A DNA stretch of 32,000 nucleotides. It comes from Cupriavidus necator. Its GTDB lineage: Bacteria > Pseudomonadota > Gammaproteobacteria > Burkholderiales > Burkholderiaceae. Position numbers and translations under genes: made by a program. The number at the start of each line of letters is the position of its first letter. The first letter of the stretch is position 1. Under the pieces are notes generated by a model, which was not told the DNA's origin, did no database searches, and worked only from the letters and a program-made list of their open reading frames with translations. The stretch lies in contig NZ_CP066019.1 of assembly GCF_016127575.1 (NCBI RefSeq), forward strand, positions 2,040,001 to 2,072,000, read 5' to 3'. Shown here in pieces: positions 8,718 through 17,056 of this stretch.

Positions 8718-9716
8718 TTAACAATGCTGGAAGGTGAAGCTGTCCGCATAAATGTGATCCGTACTGGCGCCGCTCGCCAGGAAAGCGGTGCGCGCGTCTC
8801 GGATCATATTGGGAGAACCGCACAAATAGATGGCGTGCTCGCTCAGGTCACCCAGGTCAGCCAGCGCCGCATCGTGCACGTAACCGCGCCGTCCTTGCCA
8901 TCCTGCGCCGGCACGGGACAGCACCGGTACGTACTGGAAGTCATACAGCCGCTCGCCCCAGGCGGGGATATCGGAGTGCAGGTACAGGTCTTCCGGCTTC
9001 CGCATGCCCCAGTAGAGCGACACCGGTGGGCAGTCGGGATCGTCCATCAGCGATTCGAGGATGGCCTTGATCGGCGCCAGCCCGGTGCCGGTGGCCACCA
9101 TCAGCAGTGGCCGGTAATCCATGGCGCGGTAGAAGAAGCTACCGAGCGGCAGTTCGACGTCAACGGCGTCGCCCGCTTTCATCTGCGGCAGGATGCCGTC
9201 GGTGAAGGCGCCGCCCGGGATGCGCCGCACATGCAGGTCGACCCGTCCGTCGCGCGGCACCGATGCCATCGAGAAGCTGCGCGCGCGCCCATCCTCGCTC
9301 AATAGCTTCAGGTACTGGCCGGGACGATAGTCGAGCGCACCAGCGTCCGGCACTTCCAGTTCGATATGCAAAACGTCAGCCGACAACGCGCGCACGGCCT
9401 GCACCAGCGCCCGATAACGCGCCGGCTCGGCGCAGGCCTCGTCCTCGCGCGCCGTGCTGATGACCAGGTCGCCCAGCGGCTGCGCCTGGCAGGCCAGCGC
9501 GTAGCCGGCGGCGGCCTCGTCCGGGGCCAGACCGAACGGTTCCTCGTCATACCGCACCTGCCCGGCCAGCAGCCGGATACGGCAGGTGCCGCAGCCGCCC
9601 AGCTGGCAGTCGCGCGGCAAGGCGATACTGGCGCGCCCGGCGGCCTGCAGCAGGGTCTCGCCGCGTTCGACAAAAAAGACCTGCTGCGTTTCGGCGATCT
9701 GGATGCGGTACGACAT
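8718..9716 (-). CDS. [2Fe-2S] ferredoxin-FAD/NAD(P)H oxidoreductase (N-terminal plant-type ferredoxin fused to an FNR module; MmoC/DmpP/BenC/AscD-type architecture)
   Basis: 332 aa from MSYRIQ (GGAGG RBS). CQLGGCGTCRIRL...LACQ cluster motif, RSFSMAS FAD motif, MVATGTGLAPI NAD motif. The listed ORF 8718..10031 is a 5' over-extension across the GlcG gene. Confidence 0.85.
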   Translation of the reverse strand: MSYRIQIAETQQVFFVERGETLLQAAGRASIALPRDCQLGGCGTCRIRLLAGQVRYDEEPFGLAPDEAAAGYALACQAQPLGDLVISTAREDEACAEPARYRALVQAVRALSADVLHIELEVPDAGALDYRPGQYLKLLSEDGRARSFSMASVPRDGRVDLHVRRIPGGAFTDGILPQMKAGDAVDVELPLGSFFYRAMDYRPLLMVATGTGLAPIKAILESLMDDPDCPPVSLYWGMRKPEDLYLHSDIPAWGERLYDFQYVPVLSRAGAGWQGRRGYVHDAALADLGDLSEHAIYLCGSPNMIRDARTAFLASGASTDHIYADSFTFQHC

Positions 9717-9724
9717 GGCGCCTC

Positions 9725-10204
9725 CTACTTCTTGATATCGGCCTGCACCAACACCTTGAGGTCCTGCGGCGCCAGCAGCTCGGCCAGCGCCAGCAGCGCG
9801 GCCAGCCCGGCCTGCGTGTCCTGCTCGCCATTGCCGCCGGACAGGCCGATGCCGCCGATCACCTCGTCGTTGACGACAATCGGGAAGCCGCCCACGAACG
9901 CGGCGAACTTGCCCTCGAAGCTCCACTGGATGCCGAATGCCTCGTTGCCTGGCAGTGCCGGCCCGTTGGGCGGCGTGGTGAACAGGTGCGTGGAGCGCTT
10001 GTGGCCCGCGGCCGTGAAGGCCTTGTTCCATGCGATCTGCGGCCCGGTGATGCGGGCGCCGTCCATGCGCTCGAGCGCGAGCGGATAGCCGCCCTCGTCG
10101 ACCACGCAGATCGACTCCAGCACGCCGATTTCCTCCGAGCGCCGGATCGCGGCTGCAACCATATGGCGCGCCTCGCGCAGTTCCAGCTTGATGGCTTTTT
10201 TCAT
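9725..10204 (-). CDS. GlcG/HbpS-like (DUF336) heme-binding family protein
   Basis: 159 aa from MKKAIKLELREARHMV. GGxPIVVNDEVIGGIGLSGG motif. AGGAG RBS. The listed ORF 9725..11233 is an over-extension into the ALDH gene. Confidence 0.85.
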   Translation of the reverse strand: MKKAIKLELREARHMVAAAIRRSEEIGVLESICVVDEGGYPLALERMDGARITGPQIAWNKAFTAAGHKRSTHLFTTPPNGPALPGNEAFGIQWSFEGKFAAFVGGFPIVVNDEVIGGIGLSGGNGEQDTQAGLAALLALAELLAPQDLKVLVQADIKK

Positions 10205-10233
10205 GTCTCTATGACTCCTTGTGACGGCCGGGC

Positions 10234-11679
10234 TCAGGCGCCGCGGTAGACCGTCTTGACCTGCGTATAGAACTCCAGGCCGGTGCGGCCCGACTCGCGG
10301 AAGGTCGAGGTGCTCGACCGCTTTACCCCGCCAAAGGGCGCGTTGACCAGGTTGCCGGTGGTGGTGCGGTTGACCTTGACCGTGCCCGCCTCGATGTCCG
10401 TGGCGAAGTGGTGGATGTAGCGCGGGTTGCTGGTGACGATGGCCGCCGCCAGGCCGTACTCGGTGTCGTTCGCCTTGGCGATGGCGTCGGCGTAGTCGGT
10501 GAAGCCCAGGATGGCGATCACCGGCCCGAAGACCTCCTCGCGCGCGATCCGCATCTGCTGGGTCACGTCGGTAAACACGGTCGGCGCCACGTAGTAGCCC
10601 TTGTCGAAGTCGCCGCCGGCAAGGCGCGCGCCGCCGCACAGCAACGTCGCCTCGGACTTGCCGATATCGATGTAACGCAGCACCGTTTCCAGCTGCTTGT
10701 GCGACGCCAGCGGCCCGAGGTCCATCCCGGCCGTCATGCCGCTGCCGACCTTGAGGGTGGCGACCTTCGCCAGCAACCGCTCTGTGTATGCCGCCTTGAC
10801 GGACTCGGCCACCAGCACGCGGCTGGTCCCGGTGCACGCCTGCCCCGACAGCGAGAAGCCGCCCTTGATGGTCAGGTCGACGGCGCGGTCGAGGTCGGCG
10901 TCTTCCATCACGATCAGCGGGTTCTTGCCGCCCAGCTCCATCTGCGTGCGCGTGGTCAGCGGCACGGCGCGGTGGATCTGCTCGCCGGCGCGCGACGAGC
11001 CGGTGAACGAGATCGCCCGCACGGCCGGCGCCTCGGTGATGGCAGCGCCGATTTCCGCCGCGCTGCCGGTGATGAAATTCAGCACGCCCTTGGGCAGGCC
11101 GGCCTTGACCAGCGCCTCGGCCAGCCGGTAGCCCGACAGCGGCGCCTCGGACGACGGCTTGAACACTACTGTGTTGCCGGTCACCAGCGCCGGGGCGATC
11201 TTGCGGGCCGGGATCGATACCGGGAAGTTCCACGGCGCGATCACGGTCACCACGCCCAGCGGCTCGCGCTGGCTGTAGACGAGTTGGTCGGGGTCGTCGT
11301 TCGGGAACACCTCGCCGGTGAAGGTCTGCCCTTCCACTGCATAGAAGCGCAGCGTCTGGGCCGAGCGCAGCACCTCGTCGCGGGCCAGCGCCAGCGCCTT
11401 GCCTTCCTCGCGGGTCAGCTCGGCGGCGATGCTATCGGCGTTGGCCTCGAGATGGTCAGCGGCACGGTTGAGGATGGCGGCGCGCTTGCCGACCGGGGTC
11501 TTTTTCCAGCCGGCGAACGCTGCCGCGGCGGCGGCGACGGCCGCCTGCGCGTCCACCGCGGCAGACGCCTGGAAGCGGCCCACAATATCGGCGGTATCAG
11601 CCGGGTTGACGTTATCGAAGGTGCGGCCCGACTGGCAGGCCGTCCATTCGCCGTCGATATGGTTGAGGAATACAGTCAT
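10234..11679 (-). CDS. NAD(P)+-dependent aldehyde dehydrogenase (2,5-dioxovalerate/KGSADH-like subgroup)
   Basis: 481 aa. VIAPWNFP, FTGSSRAG, ELGGKNP and catalytic-Cys region GQACTGTSR. Confidence 0.9.
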   Translation of the reverse strand: MTVFLNHIDGEWTACQSGRTFDNVNPADTADIVGRFQASAAVDAQAAVAAAAAAFAGWKKTPVGKRAAILNRAADHLEANADSIAAELTREEGKALALARDEVLRSAQTLRFYAVEGQTFTGEVFPNDDPDQLVYSQREPLGVVTVIAPWNFPVSIPARKIAPALVTGNTVVFKPSSEAPLSGYRLAEALVKAGLPKGVLNFITGSAAEIGAAITEAPAVRAISFTGSSRAGEQIHRAVPLTTRTQMELGGKNPLIVMEDADLDRAVDLTIKGGFSLSGQACTGTSRVLVAESVKAAYTERLLAKVATLKVGSGMTAGMDLGPLASHKQLETVLRYIDIGKSEATLLCGGARLAGGDFDKGYYVAPTVFTDVTQQMRIAREEVFGPVIAILGFTDYADAIAKANDTEYGLAAAIVTSNPRYIHHFATDIEAGTVKVNRTTTGNLVNAPFGGVKRSSTSTFRESGRTGLEFYTQVKTVYRGA

Positions 11680-11704
11680 CGTCGATCCGGTTGCGCTGCG
11701 GCGC

Positions 11705-12436
11705 TCAGGCCGCCATGTCGAGTTCGGGCAGCGGCAGCTCTTTCTCGACGTAGTCGTGATAGAGCGCCGTCGTGTACAGCAGCCGCATCTGCGCGCCGAT
11801 CTCGCAGATCTTCAGGCAGCGCTGCTGCAGCTCCGGCGTGTTGGCGTGCTCCAGCACGATCTGGTAGCCGCGCTCGCCGTGGATCTCGTCCGAGACGATA
11901 TGCAGGTCGAAGAATTCGACTTCCTCGTCAGTGAACTGGTACTTGTCGCGCAGCGTCGGGGTCTGCTTGCGGTAGATCGACGGCACCTGCGACTCCAGCC
12001 CGACCACCAGCCCGGCTACCGCGACGATGGGGTCTTCACGCATGGCCACGGCGTAGCACCAGCTCTGCAGGCCACGGGTGGTGGGCGACATATTGTCCGG
12101 GTCGATCACGCGCTCGCGGGTGGTGCCGCAGGCTTCGGCGAAGCGGATCAGCAGGTCGGTATGGCGGTCGCCGCCGATCTCTTCCTCATACATATTGGCG
12201 AGCAGGAAATCCTTGGCTTCGGTATAGCGGTCCGGGGTGCGGGCGTAGATGTAGCCCAGGTAATCCGCGAACGGGCCTACGTAGTGATAGTGGTTCTCGG
12301 CCCAGCGTGCGAGATGGGCGCGGGTCAGCTTGCCGCTGGCCCAGGCCACGCTGAACGGCGCCTTGTTGGCGCTCTTGCCTTTGATGGCTTCTTCGAGGGC
12401 GGCACGGAATGCTTCGCGGTTCATCAGTTCGGCCAT
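11705..12436 (-). CDS. TenA/PqqC-family, heme-oxygenase-like fold protein with a complete candidate diiron ligand set (putative HDO-type oxidase)
   Basis: 243 aa. PqqC-like WAENHYHYV. E85-x6-H92, E148, H179-x3-D183-x2-H186. AGGAG RBS. Confidence 0.85.
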   Translation of the reverse strand: MAELMNREAFRAALEEAIKGKSANKAPFSVAWASGKLTRAHLARWAENHYHYVGPFADYLGYIYARTPDRYTEAKDFLLANMYEEEIGGDRHTDLLIRFAEACGTTRERVIDPDNMSPTTRGLQSWCYAVAMREDPIVAVAGLVVGLESQVPSIYRKQTPTLRDKYQFTDEEVEFFDLHIVSDEIHGERGYQIVLEHANTPELQQRCLKICEIGAQMRLLYTTALYHDYVEKELPLPELDMAA

Positions 12437-12514
12437 GGCGGAGGCTCCTGGTTGGCGAGGTGGGGCGATTAAGTGGGTTGGATGCCGGGGTCGCTTCGCA
12501 AATCGATCAGCCCT

Positions 12515-12545
12515 TGCATGGTTGTATACTATATACAGCCATGCA
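12515..12545. promoter_or_regulatory. 31-bp near-perfect palindrome TGCATGGTTGTATACTATATACAGCCATGCA; operator candidate upstream of the oxidase-ALDH-GlcG-reductase unit
   Basis: 13 of 15 arm positions pair. It contains GTATACTATAT (12524-12534), 88-98 nt upstream of the start at 12436. Confidence 0.55.
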
Positions 12546-12612
12546 GCGACGACAAGGGCTTCGTTGACTAATCATGTAAGTGTTTACCCGTCGGTGTCGC
12601 GGGCAATGGCGC

Positions 12613-13545
12613 TCAGGCCGCGCGACGCTCCGCCGCGCCGGCGATGCGGGACCAGGCGAAGCCCGCCAGCGCCACGTCCTCCAGCCCTACGCCGACTGAC
12701 TTGTAGATCACGATGTCGTCGTCCCGCTGGCGCGGCGACACCTTGCCAAGGACCACCTCGCCCAGCTCGACAATCTTCTCGCGCGGAAGAGCCTGCGAAT
12801 CGGCCAGCACGATGTCGCCCGCCTCGCGCACGGACTGCGGGCGCCACTCGACCACCACGGCGGCGGCGCGGCGCAGCGCGGTGTCGTCCAGTTCACGCGT
12901 ATGCGGCAGGCTGGAGCCGATGGCGGCAACGAAAGCGCCAGGCCGGAGCGACGCGCCCGCGAACAGCGGCGTGGTCGCGCGCGACGCCGTGACGACGATA
13001 TCGGCCTCGGCCACGGCAGCATCGGGCTCCGCCAGCGTGACCGGGATGCCGCACAGCGCCGACAGCCGCACCGCCATGCCGGCATCGGCGTGCGGATCGG
13101 ACACCAGGATGCGCGCCAGCCCGAGCGTCTCGCTGAGCTGGCGCGCGTGCTGCACGCCCTGCGTGCCGGCGCCGAACAGCGCCAGCGTGCGCGAGCCGGA
13201 CCGGGCCAGCCGCTGCGCCGCGAGCGTGGTGCAGGCAGCCGTGCGCAGGCGCGTGATGGCGCCAGCGTCGAACGAAGCGAGCGGACGGCCGTCGTCGGTC
13301 GAGAAGATCAGGATGACAAAGGAGAACTGGCCGTTGATGGTGGTGTAGACCTTGGCGCCCGCCACGCCCTGCTGCGGGATCACCGCACCCAGCGTGGACA
13401 GCTTGACGCCGCCCGCCTCGGTGCGAATGCGCTCCTGCATCGCGGCGTCGCCGCGACCGAAGCTGGAAAAAGCGGCTTCCATGACTTGCCGGGCATCGTC
13501 CGGGCTGACGTGGGCATCGATCATCGCGTCTGTAATGTGCTGCAT
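12613..13545 (-). CDS. Ornithine cyclodeaminase / mu-crystallin family NAD(P)-dependent enzyme (cyclodeaminase or ketimine/imine reductase)
   Basis: 310 aa from MQHITDAMID (GGAG RBS). ITRLRTAA and LFGAGTQG Rossmann motif, YKSVGVGLEDV near the C-terminus. The listed ORF 12613..14124 is an over-extension. Confidence 0.85.
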   Translation of the reverse strand: MQHITDAMIDAHVSPDDARQVMEAAFSSFGRGDAAMQERIRTEAGGVKLSTLGAVIPQQGVAGAKVYTTINGQFSFVILIFSTDDGRPLASFDAGAITRLRTAACTTLAAQRLARSGSRTLALFGAGTQGVQHARQLSETLGLARILVSDPHADAGMAVRLSALCGIPVTLAEPDAAVAEADIVVTASRATTPLFAGASLRPGAFVAAIGSSLPHTRELDDTALRRAAAVVVEWRPQSVREAGDIVLADSQALPREKIVELGEVVLGKVSPRQRDDDIVIYKSVGVGLEDVALAGFAWSRIAGAAERRAA

Positions 13546-13604
13546 GGGAACTCCGCTGGTTGGGATGGAGACAGGAAAGACAGTGATCTCTGCGGGCCAG
13601 AGCG

Positions 13605-14405
13605 TCACGAAAAGGCAGTGCGGCCGAGCACACCGAGCGCCCCGGCAGCGCAAAGACCCAGCAGCAGCCGGCGCACCGCCCCGGGCGAGACGTGCCCGCG
13701 CAACCGGTTCGAGAGCGCGAAACCCGCAAACAGGAATGGCGCAAGGGCCGCCGCCAGCACCAGCTGCGGCAAACCGAAGCGCCCCGCCAGCGCCAGCATG
13801 GAGAGCGACAGCACCGCGCCGCCGGCCAGGATGCAACCCATCGTCGCGCGCATCGGCGCCGGCGCCATGTGCTGCATGACCAGCGCGAACGGCGGCGCAC
13901 CGGCCGAGGTGATCGTTCCCATGAAGCCCGACACGGTGCCGGCGATGACCACATTGGGCGAGGTCGGCAGCAGGCGCCAGCCCAGCAGGCTCAGCGCCAC
14001 GGCGGCGAGTATCGACACTGAGAACAGCACCCCCAGCGGCCCCGGCGCCAGCCACGCCATGGTCAGCACCGCTGCCGCCCCGCCAAGCGCGCGCCCGATC
14101 AGGGCGAAGCCTGCGATGCGCCACGCGATCGCCTCCCGCTCACGCAGCGCGCCCATCAAAGAGAGACAGCAGCCCATCGCCAGCAGCGGTCCCGGCACGA
14201 GGTCCGGGAAGAAGATTGCGCCCAGCGGCGCCGAAAGCATCGCGAAGCCGATCCCGCCCACGCCTTGCAGGCAAGCGCCCACCAGGATGAGCGCACCCAT
14301 CCATAGATAAGTGGAGACGGAGAGGCCTGTGGGGAGCAGGGAGTACAACGTGGCGGGCAAGGCAGAGGTCATGGCAGCAAGTCGGGACAGCAGCTTGGAG
14401 GGCAT
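13605..14405 (-). CDS. Second TauE/SafE (DUF81) family anion permease
   Basis: 266 aa, polytopic and glycine-rich, with two-fold repeat organisation like the tauE product at 3735. Start uncertain (alternative ATG 14372); no clear SD for either. Confidence 0.7.
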   Translation of the reverse strand: MPSKLLSRLAAMTSALPATLYSLLPTGLSVSTYLWMGALILVGACLQGVGGIGFAMLSAPLGAIFFPDLVPGPLLAMGCCLSLMGALREREAIAWRIAGFALIGRALGGAAAVLTMAWLAPGPLGVLFSVSILAAVALSLLGWRLLPTSPNVVIAGTVSGFMGTITSAGAPPFALVMQHMAPAPMRATMGCILAGGAVLSLSMLALAGRFGLPQLVLAAALAPFLFAGFALSNRLRGHVSPGAVRRLLLGLCAAGALGVLGRTAFS

Positions 14406-14485
14406 ACGAAGCGGGTTGGAGGGACGGCCTTATGCGGGCATGCCTCCTGCTCATATCGCACTTCGCGAGGAAGCTGCGCTTAACG

Positions 14486-14491
14486 GTATAC
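14486..14491. promoter_or_regulatory. Additional GTATAC core (CGGTATACAG), 81-86 nt upstream of the TauE-like gene start
   Basis: Same hexamer core and similar distance to the start as the other sites. On its own it is weak. Confidence 0.3.
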
Positions 14492-14660
14492 AGTCTACAT
14501 GTCGCGGCGGCGACCTTGCAAATCACTCACCTGTCCGCGCACCACTTGGAGGACGCCACATACCGCCGCAGGCCCAATAAATGTGCGACGTTCGGGCAAC
14601 TTGCACCAGTCTGGGCTAGGCGTAATTCCGGATGAAAAACCTGTTGTCGCGAGATTGCAT

Positions 14661-14679
14661 CGGAATATAGTATACCAAC
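14661..14679. promoter_or_regulatory. Operator/promoter element CGGAATATAGTATACCAAC in the divergent region between the TauE-like gene and the large permease gene
   Basis: Exact reverse complement of 7453-7471. The 11-mer ATATAGTATAC (14665-14675) lies 68-78 nt upstream of the ATG at 14743, in the same orientation relative to the downstream gene as the two other copies. Confidence 0.55.
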
Positions 14680-14742
14680 ACCGGATTCCGAAGCTGAGAG
14701 GGAATCCGGGCCCCACAACCCCTCCGCCCCAAGGGAGTCTTC

Positions 14743-16281
14743 ATGTCACAACAAGTCGTGATCGGTGCCGCGCACTGGATCTATCTGTCAGGGGTAGCAG
14801 TCATCGTGCTGACGATGATCCTGCGCGCCAATGTTGTCGTGCCGTCGATCGTTGGCACCGCCCTGGTCGTGTTTGCGCTTACCGGCAGCCCGGTTTCGGC
14901 GCTGGGCGGGGTGTTTTCCGCGAGCCTGGTTGCCGCCAAGGAGCTGTTCAATATCTTCCTTGTGATCGCGTTCATGACGGCGCTGCTCAATGCGCTCAAA
15001 ACGCTGCGCTCCGACATCCGCATGGTCGAGCCCTTCCGCGTGGTGATGAAGAACGGGCATTCGGCGTTCTTTATCCTGGCGGGCATCACTTACGTCATCT
15101 CGCTGTTCTTCTGGCCAACCCCGGCCGTGCCGCTGGTCTCCGCGATCCTGCTGCCGGCCGCTATCGCGGCGGGGCTGCCGCCGCTGGCGGGCGCGATGGC
15201 CATCGCCATCGCCGGCCAGGGCATGGCGCTGTCATCGGACTATGTGATCGGCGTCGCGCCCGGCATCAGCGCCAAGGCGGCCGGCGCGGCGGTGAGCGCC
15301 GCGGTGGTGGCCGATCGCGCGCTGGCGCTGTCGATCATCACCGGCACGATTGCGCTGTGCCTGGCCTATCTGTCGATGCGCAAGCATATCGTCCCCGCCT
15401 GCGGCACCCTGCTCGACCGCTGGCAGGCGCGCGCCAGCGGCAGCGCCGAGGCGCTGGAAGGCGGCGGTACCTTCGACAAGGCCGAGATCGCCAGGGGCAC
15501 CGCCCACGCCGAGCCGCTGGCCAGCGACAGCAATATCGAGGCAAGCCTGGCGATGGTGGCCCGGCGCCGGGTGAAGTGGTCGAAATGCTTCGCGATCGTA
15601 ACGCCGATTGCTTTCCTCGCAGTGGTCGCCGTCATGGTGCTGCCCAAGCTGGGTACCGGCGTGCAGGACCTCAAGGGCGGCGATGCGGCTGCGCTGGTCG
15701 GCGGCGTCGCGGCGGTGCTGATGATGCTGGCGACGCTGGCCGCGGAAGGCCCGCGCCGCATGCTCGACGTGTGCCCGGAGCACATCACCGACGGCTTTGT
15801 CTTTGCCTTCAAGGCGATGGGCTCGGTGTTGCCGATCGCGGGCTTTTTCTTCGTCGGCGCCGGCGAAACCGCCGCGCAGATCCTGGGCCTGCCGCCGGGC
15901 AAGGCGCCGAGCCTGCTGTTCGAGCTGATCCAGGCCTACCAGCACATGATCCCGGACAACCACGTGCTGGTCGCCTTCGGGGTGCTGCTGGTCGGCATGA
16001 TCACCGGCATCGACGGCTCCGGTTTCGCAGGGCTGCCGCTGACCGGCACGCTGGCCGGCGCGCTCGGCCCGGTGGTCGGCTTCGACCCCGCGACGCTGGC
16101 CGCGGTGGGCCAGATGGGCGCGGTCTGGACCGGCGGCGGCACGCTGGTGGCGTGGTCGTCGCTGATCGCGGTGGCCGGCTTCGCCCGCGTGCCGGTGCTG
16201 GACGCGGTGCGCGCGCTGCTGATCCCGGTGCTGATCGGGCTGGCATGCTCCACCGTCGCCGCGATGGTGTTGTGGTCGTAG
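14743..16281 (+). CDS. Large polytopic permease, probably ion-transporter (IT) superfamily-like (GntP/DcuC/NhaC-type architecture), substrate unknown
   Basis: 512 aa: two hydrophobic halves of about 200 aa separated by a hydrophilic loop of about 80 aa. Related AGLPxL(A/T)G segments occur in both halves. GGGAG RBS. Confidence 0.8.
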   Translation: MSQQVVIGAAHWIYLSGVAVIVLTMILRANVVVPSIVGTALVVFALTGSPVSALGGVFSASLVAAKELFNIFLVIAFMTALLNALKTLRSDIRMVEPFRVVMKNGHSAFFILAGITYVISLFFWPTPAVPLVSAILLPAAIAAGLPPLAGAMAIAIAGQGMALSSDYVIGVAPGISAKAAGAAVSAAVVADRALALSIITGTIALCLAYLSMRKHIVPACGTLLDRWQARASGSAEALEGGGTFDKAEIARGTAHAEPLASDSNIEASLAMVARRRVKWSKCFAIVTPIAFLAVVAVMVLPKLGTGVQDLKGGDAAALVGGVAAVLMMLATLAAEGPRRMLDVCPEHITDGFVFAFKAMGSVLPIAGFFFVGAGETAAQILGLPPGKAPSLLFELIQAYQHMIPDNHVLVAFGVLLVGMITGIDGSGFAGLPLTGTLAGALGPVVGFDPATLAAVGQMGAVWTGGGTLVAWSSLIAVAGFARVPVLDAVRALLIPVLIGLACSTVAAMVLWS

Positions 16282-16363
16282 GCGGCCGCAAGCAACAGCC
16301 AGGCCCCTCCGATTTTTTCGACAATTCATGAGGCCGGGCGGCCAGCCCGGCAGGAACCGCGCC

Positions 16364-16705
16364 ATGCCGACAGTCACTTTCCACAAGCAGGGCCAGACCT
16401 TCGTCGACGAGGTCAAACCCCAGACCAACCTGGTCGTCCGCGCCGGGATCCGCCAGTTCCCCTACCCCAACCTGCGCTACGAGTGCGGCATGGGCAAGTG
16501 CTCCAAATGCGCCTGCCGCGTGATCGCCGGCGCCGAACACCTGCCGCCGCCCAACTGGAAAGAGAAAAAGCAACTCGGCGAGCGGCTCGAACAGGGCTAC
16601 CGGCTGGCCTGCCAGCTCTGGATCGAGCATGACATCGAACTGGCCCAGGACGACCTGCCCGCCCAGGCGCCTGCCATCGTGGCCACGGCCGGCGCGGATG
16701 TCTGA
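16364..16705 (+). CDS. [2Fe-2S] ferredoxin (small, about 113 aa)
   Basis: MPTVTF start with AGGA 8 nt upstream. CGMGKCSKCAC ... RLACQ. KEKK motif shared with the second ferredoxin. The listed ORF starts earlier, at 16328. Confidence 0.8.
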   Translation: MPTVTFHKQGQTFVDEVKPQTNLVVRAGIRQFPYPNLRYECGMGKCSKCACRVIAGAEHLPPPNWKEKKQLGERLEQGYRLACQLWIEHDIELAQDDLPAQAPAIVATAGADV

Positions 16706-16706
16706 C

Positions 16707-17030
16707 ATGTTCGTCCTTCTCACCAGCCGCCCCGGTCAGTTCCGCACCGAGCCCACCGCGGGCATGACCGCGGTCGAGGCATACGACTACGTCTTCTATG
16801 GCAAGCGCACGGCGCGCTTTGTCATCGCGGAACTGGCCGCCGACACCAAGGTGCGGGTGATGGAAGAAACGCCGCCCGGCATCGTCAACCTGGTGTCGAC
16901 CAAGTTCCTCGACAAGTACGCCACGCTGGAAGCCGCCCGCGTCGCGCTGCGCGAGCTGGCCAGCTTCGGCAGCATGGACATCGCCCTGGTGCCCGCCCCG
17001 GTCGCCATGGCAGGCGCTCCTGACTACTAA
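16707..17030 (+). CDS. Small hypothetical protein (about 107 aa), no family recognised, wedged between two ferredoxin genes
   Basis: High GC3. ATG sits 1 nt after the ferredoxin stop. An alternative ATG at 16698 overlaps that stop by 8 nt. Confidence 0.6.
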   Translation: MFVLLTSRPGQFRTEPTAGMTAVEAYDYVFYGKRTARFVIAELAADTKVRVMEETPPGIVNLVSTKFLDKYATLEAARVALRELASFGSMDIALVPAPVAMAGAPDY

Positions 17031-17056
17031 CGCCTGACCTTCAGTCAATCTTCGCC

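Noticed and set aside
8718-10031. Long 5' extensions of the reductase ORF (to 10031), the GlcG ORF (9725..11233) and the OCD ORF (12613..14124).
   Set aside because: The extensions overlap the neighbouring real genes in other frames and are compositionally junk. Internal ATGs at 9716, 10204 and 13545 have SD sequences and give family-typical lengths.
14406-14742. Several 60-130-aa ORFs in the divergent intergenic region (14140..14526, 14311..14580, 14432..14635, 14495..14716, 14527..14718).
   Set aside because: They overlap each other in multiple frames and have no RBS or motifs. The region is better explained as a divergent promoter/operator region carrying two GTATAC sites.
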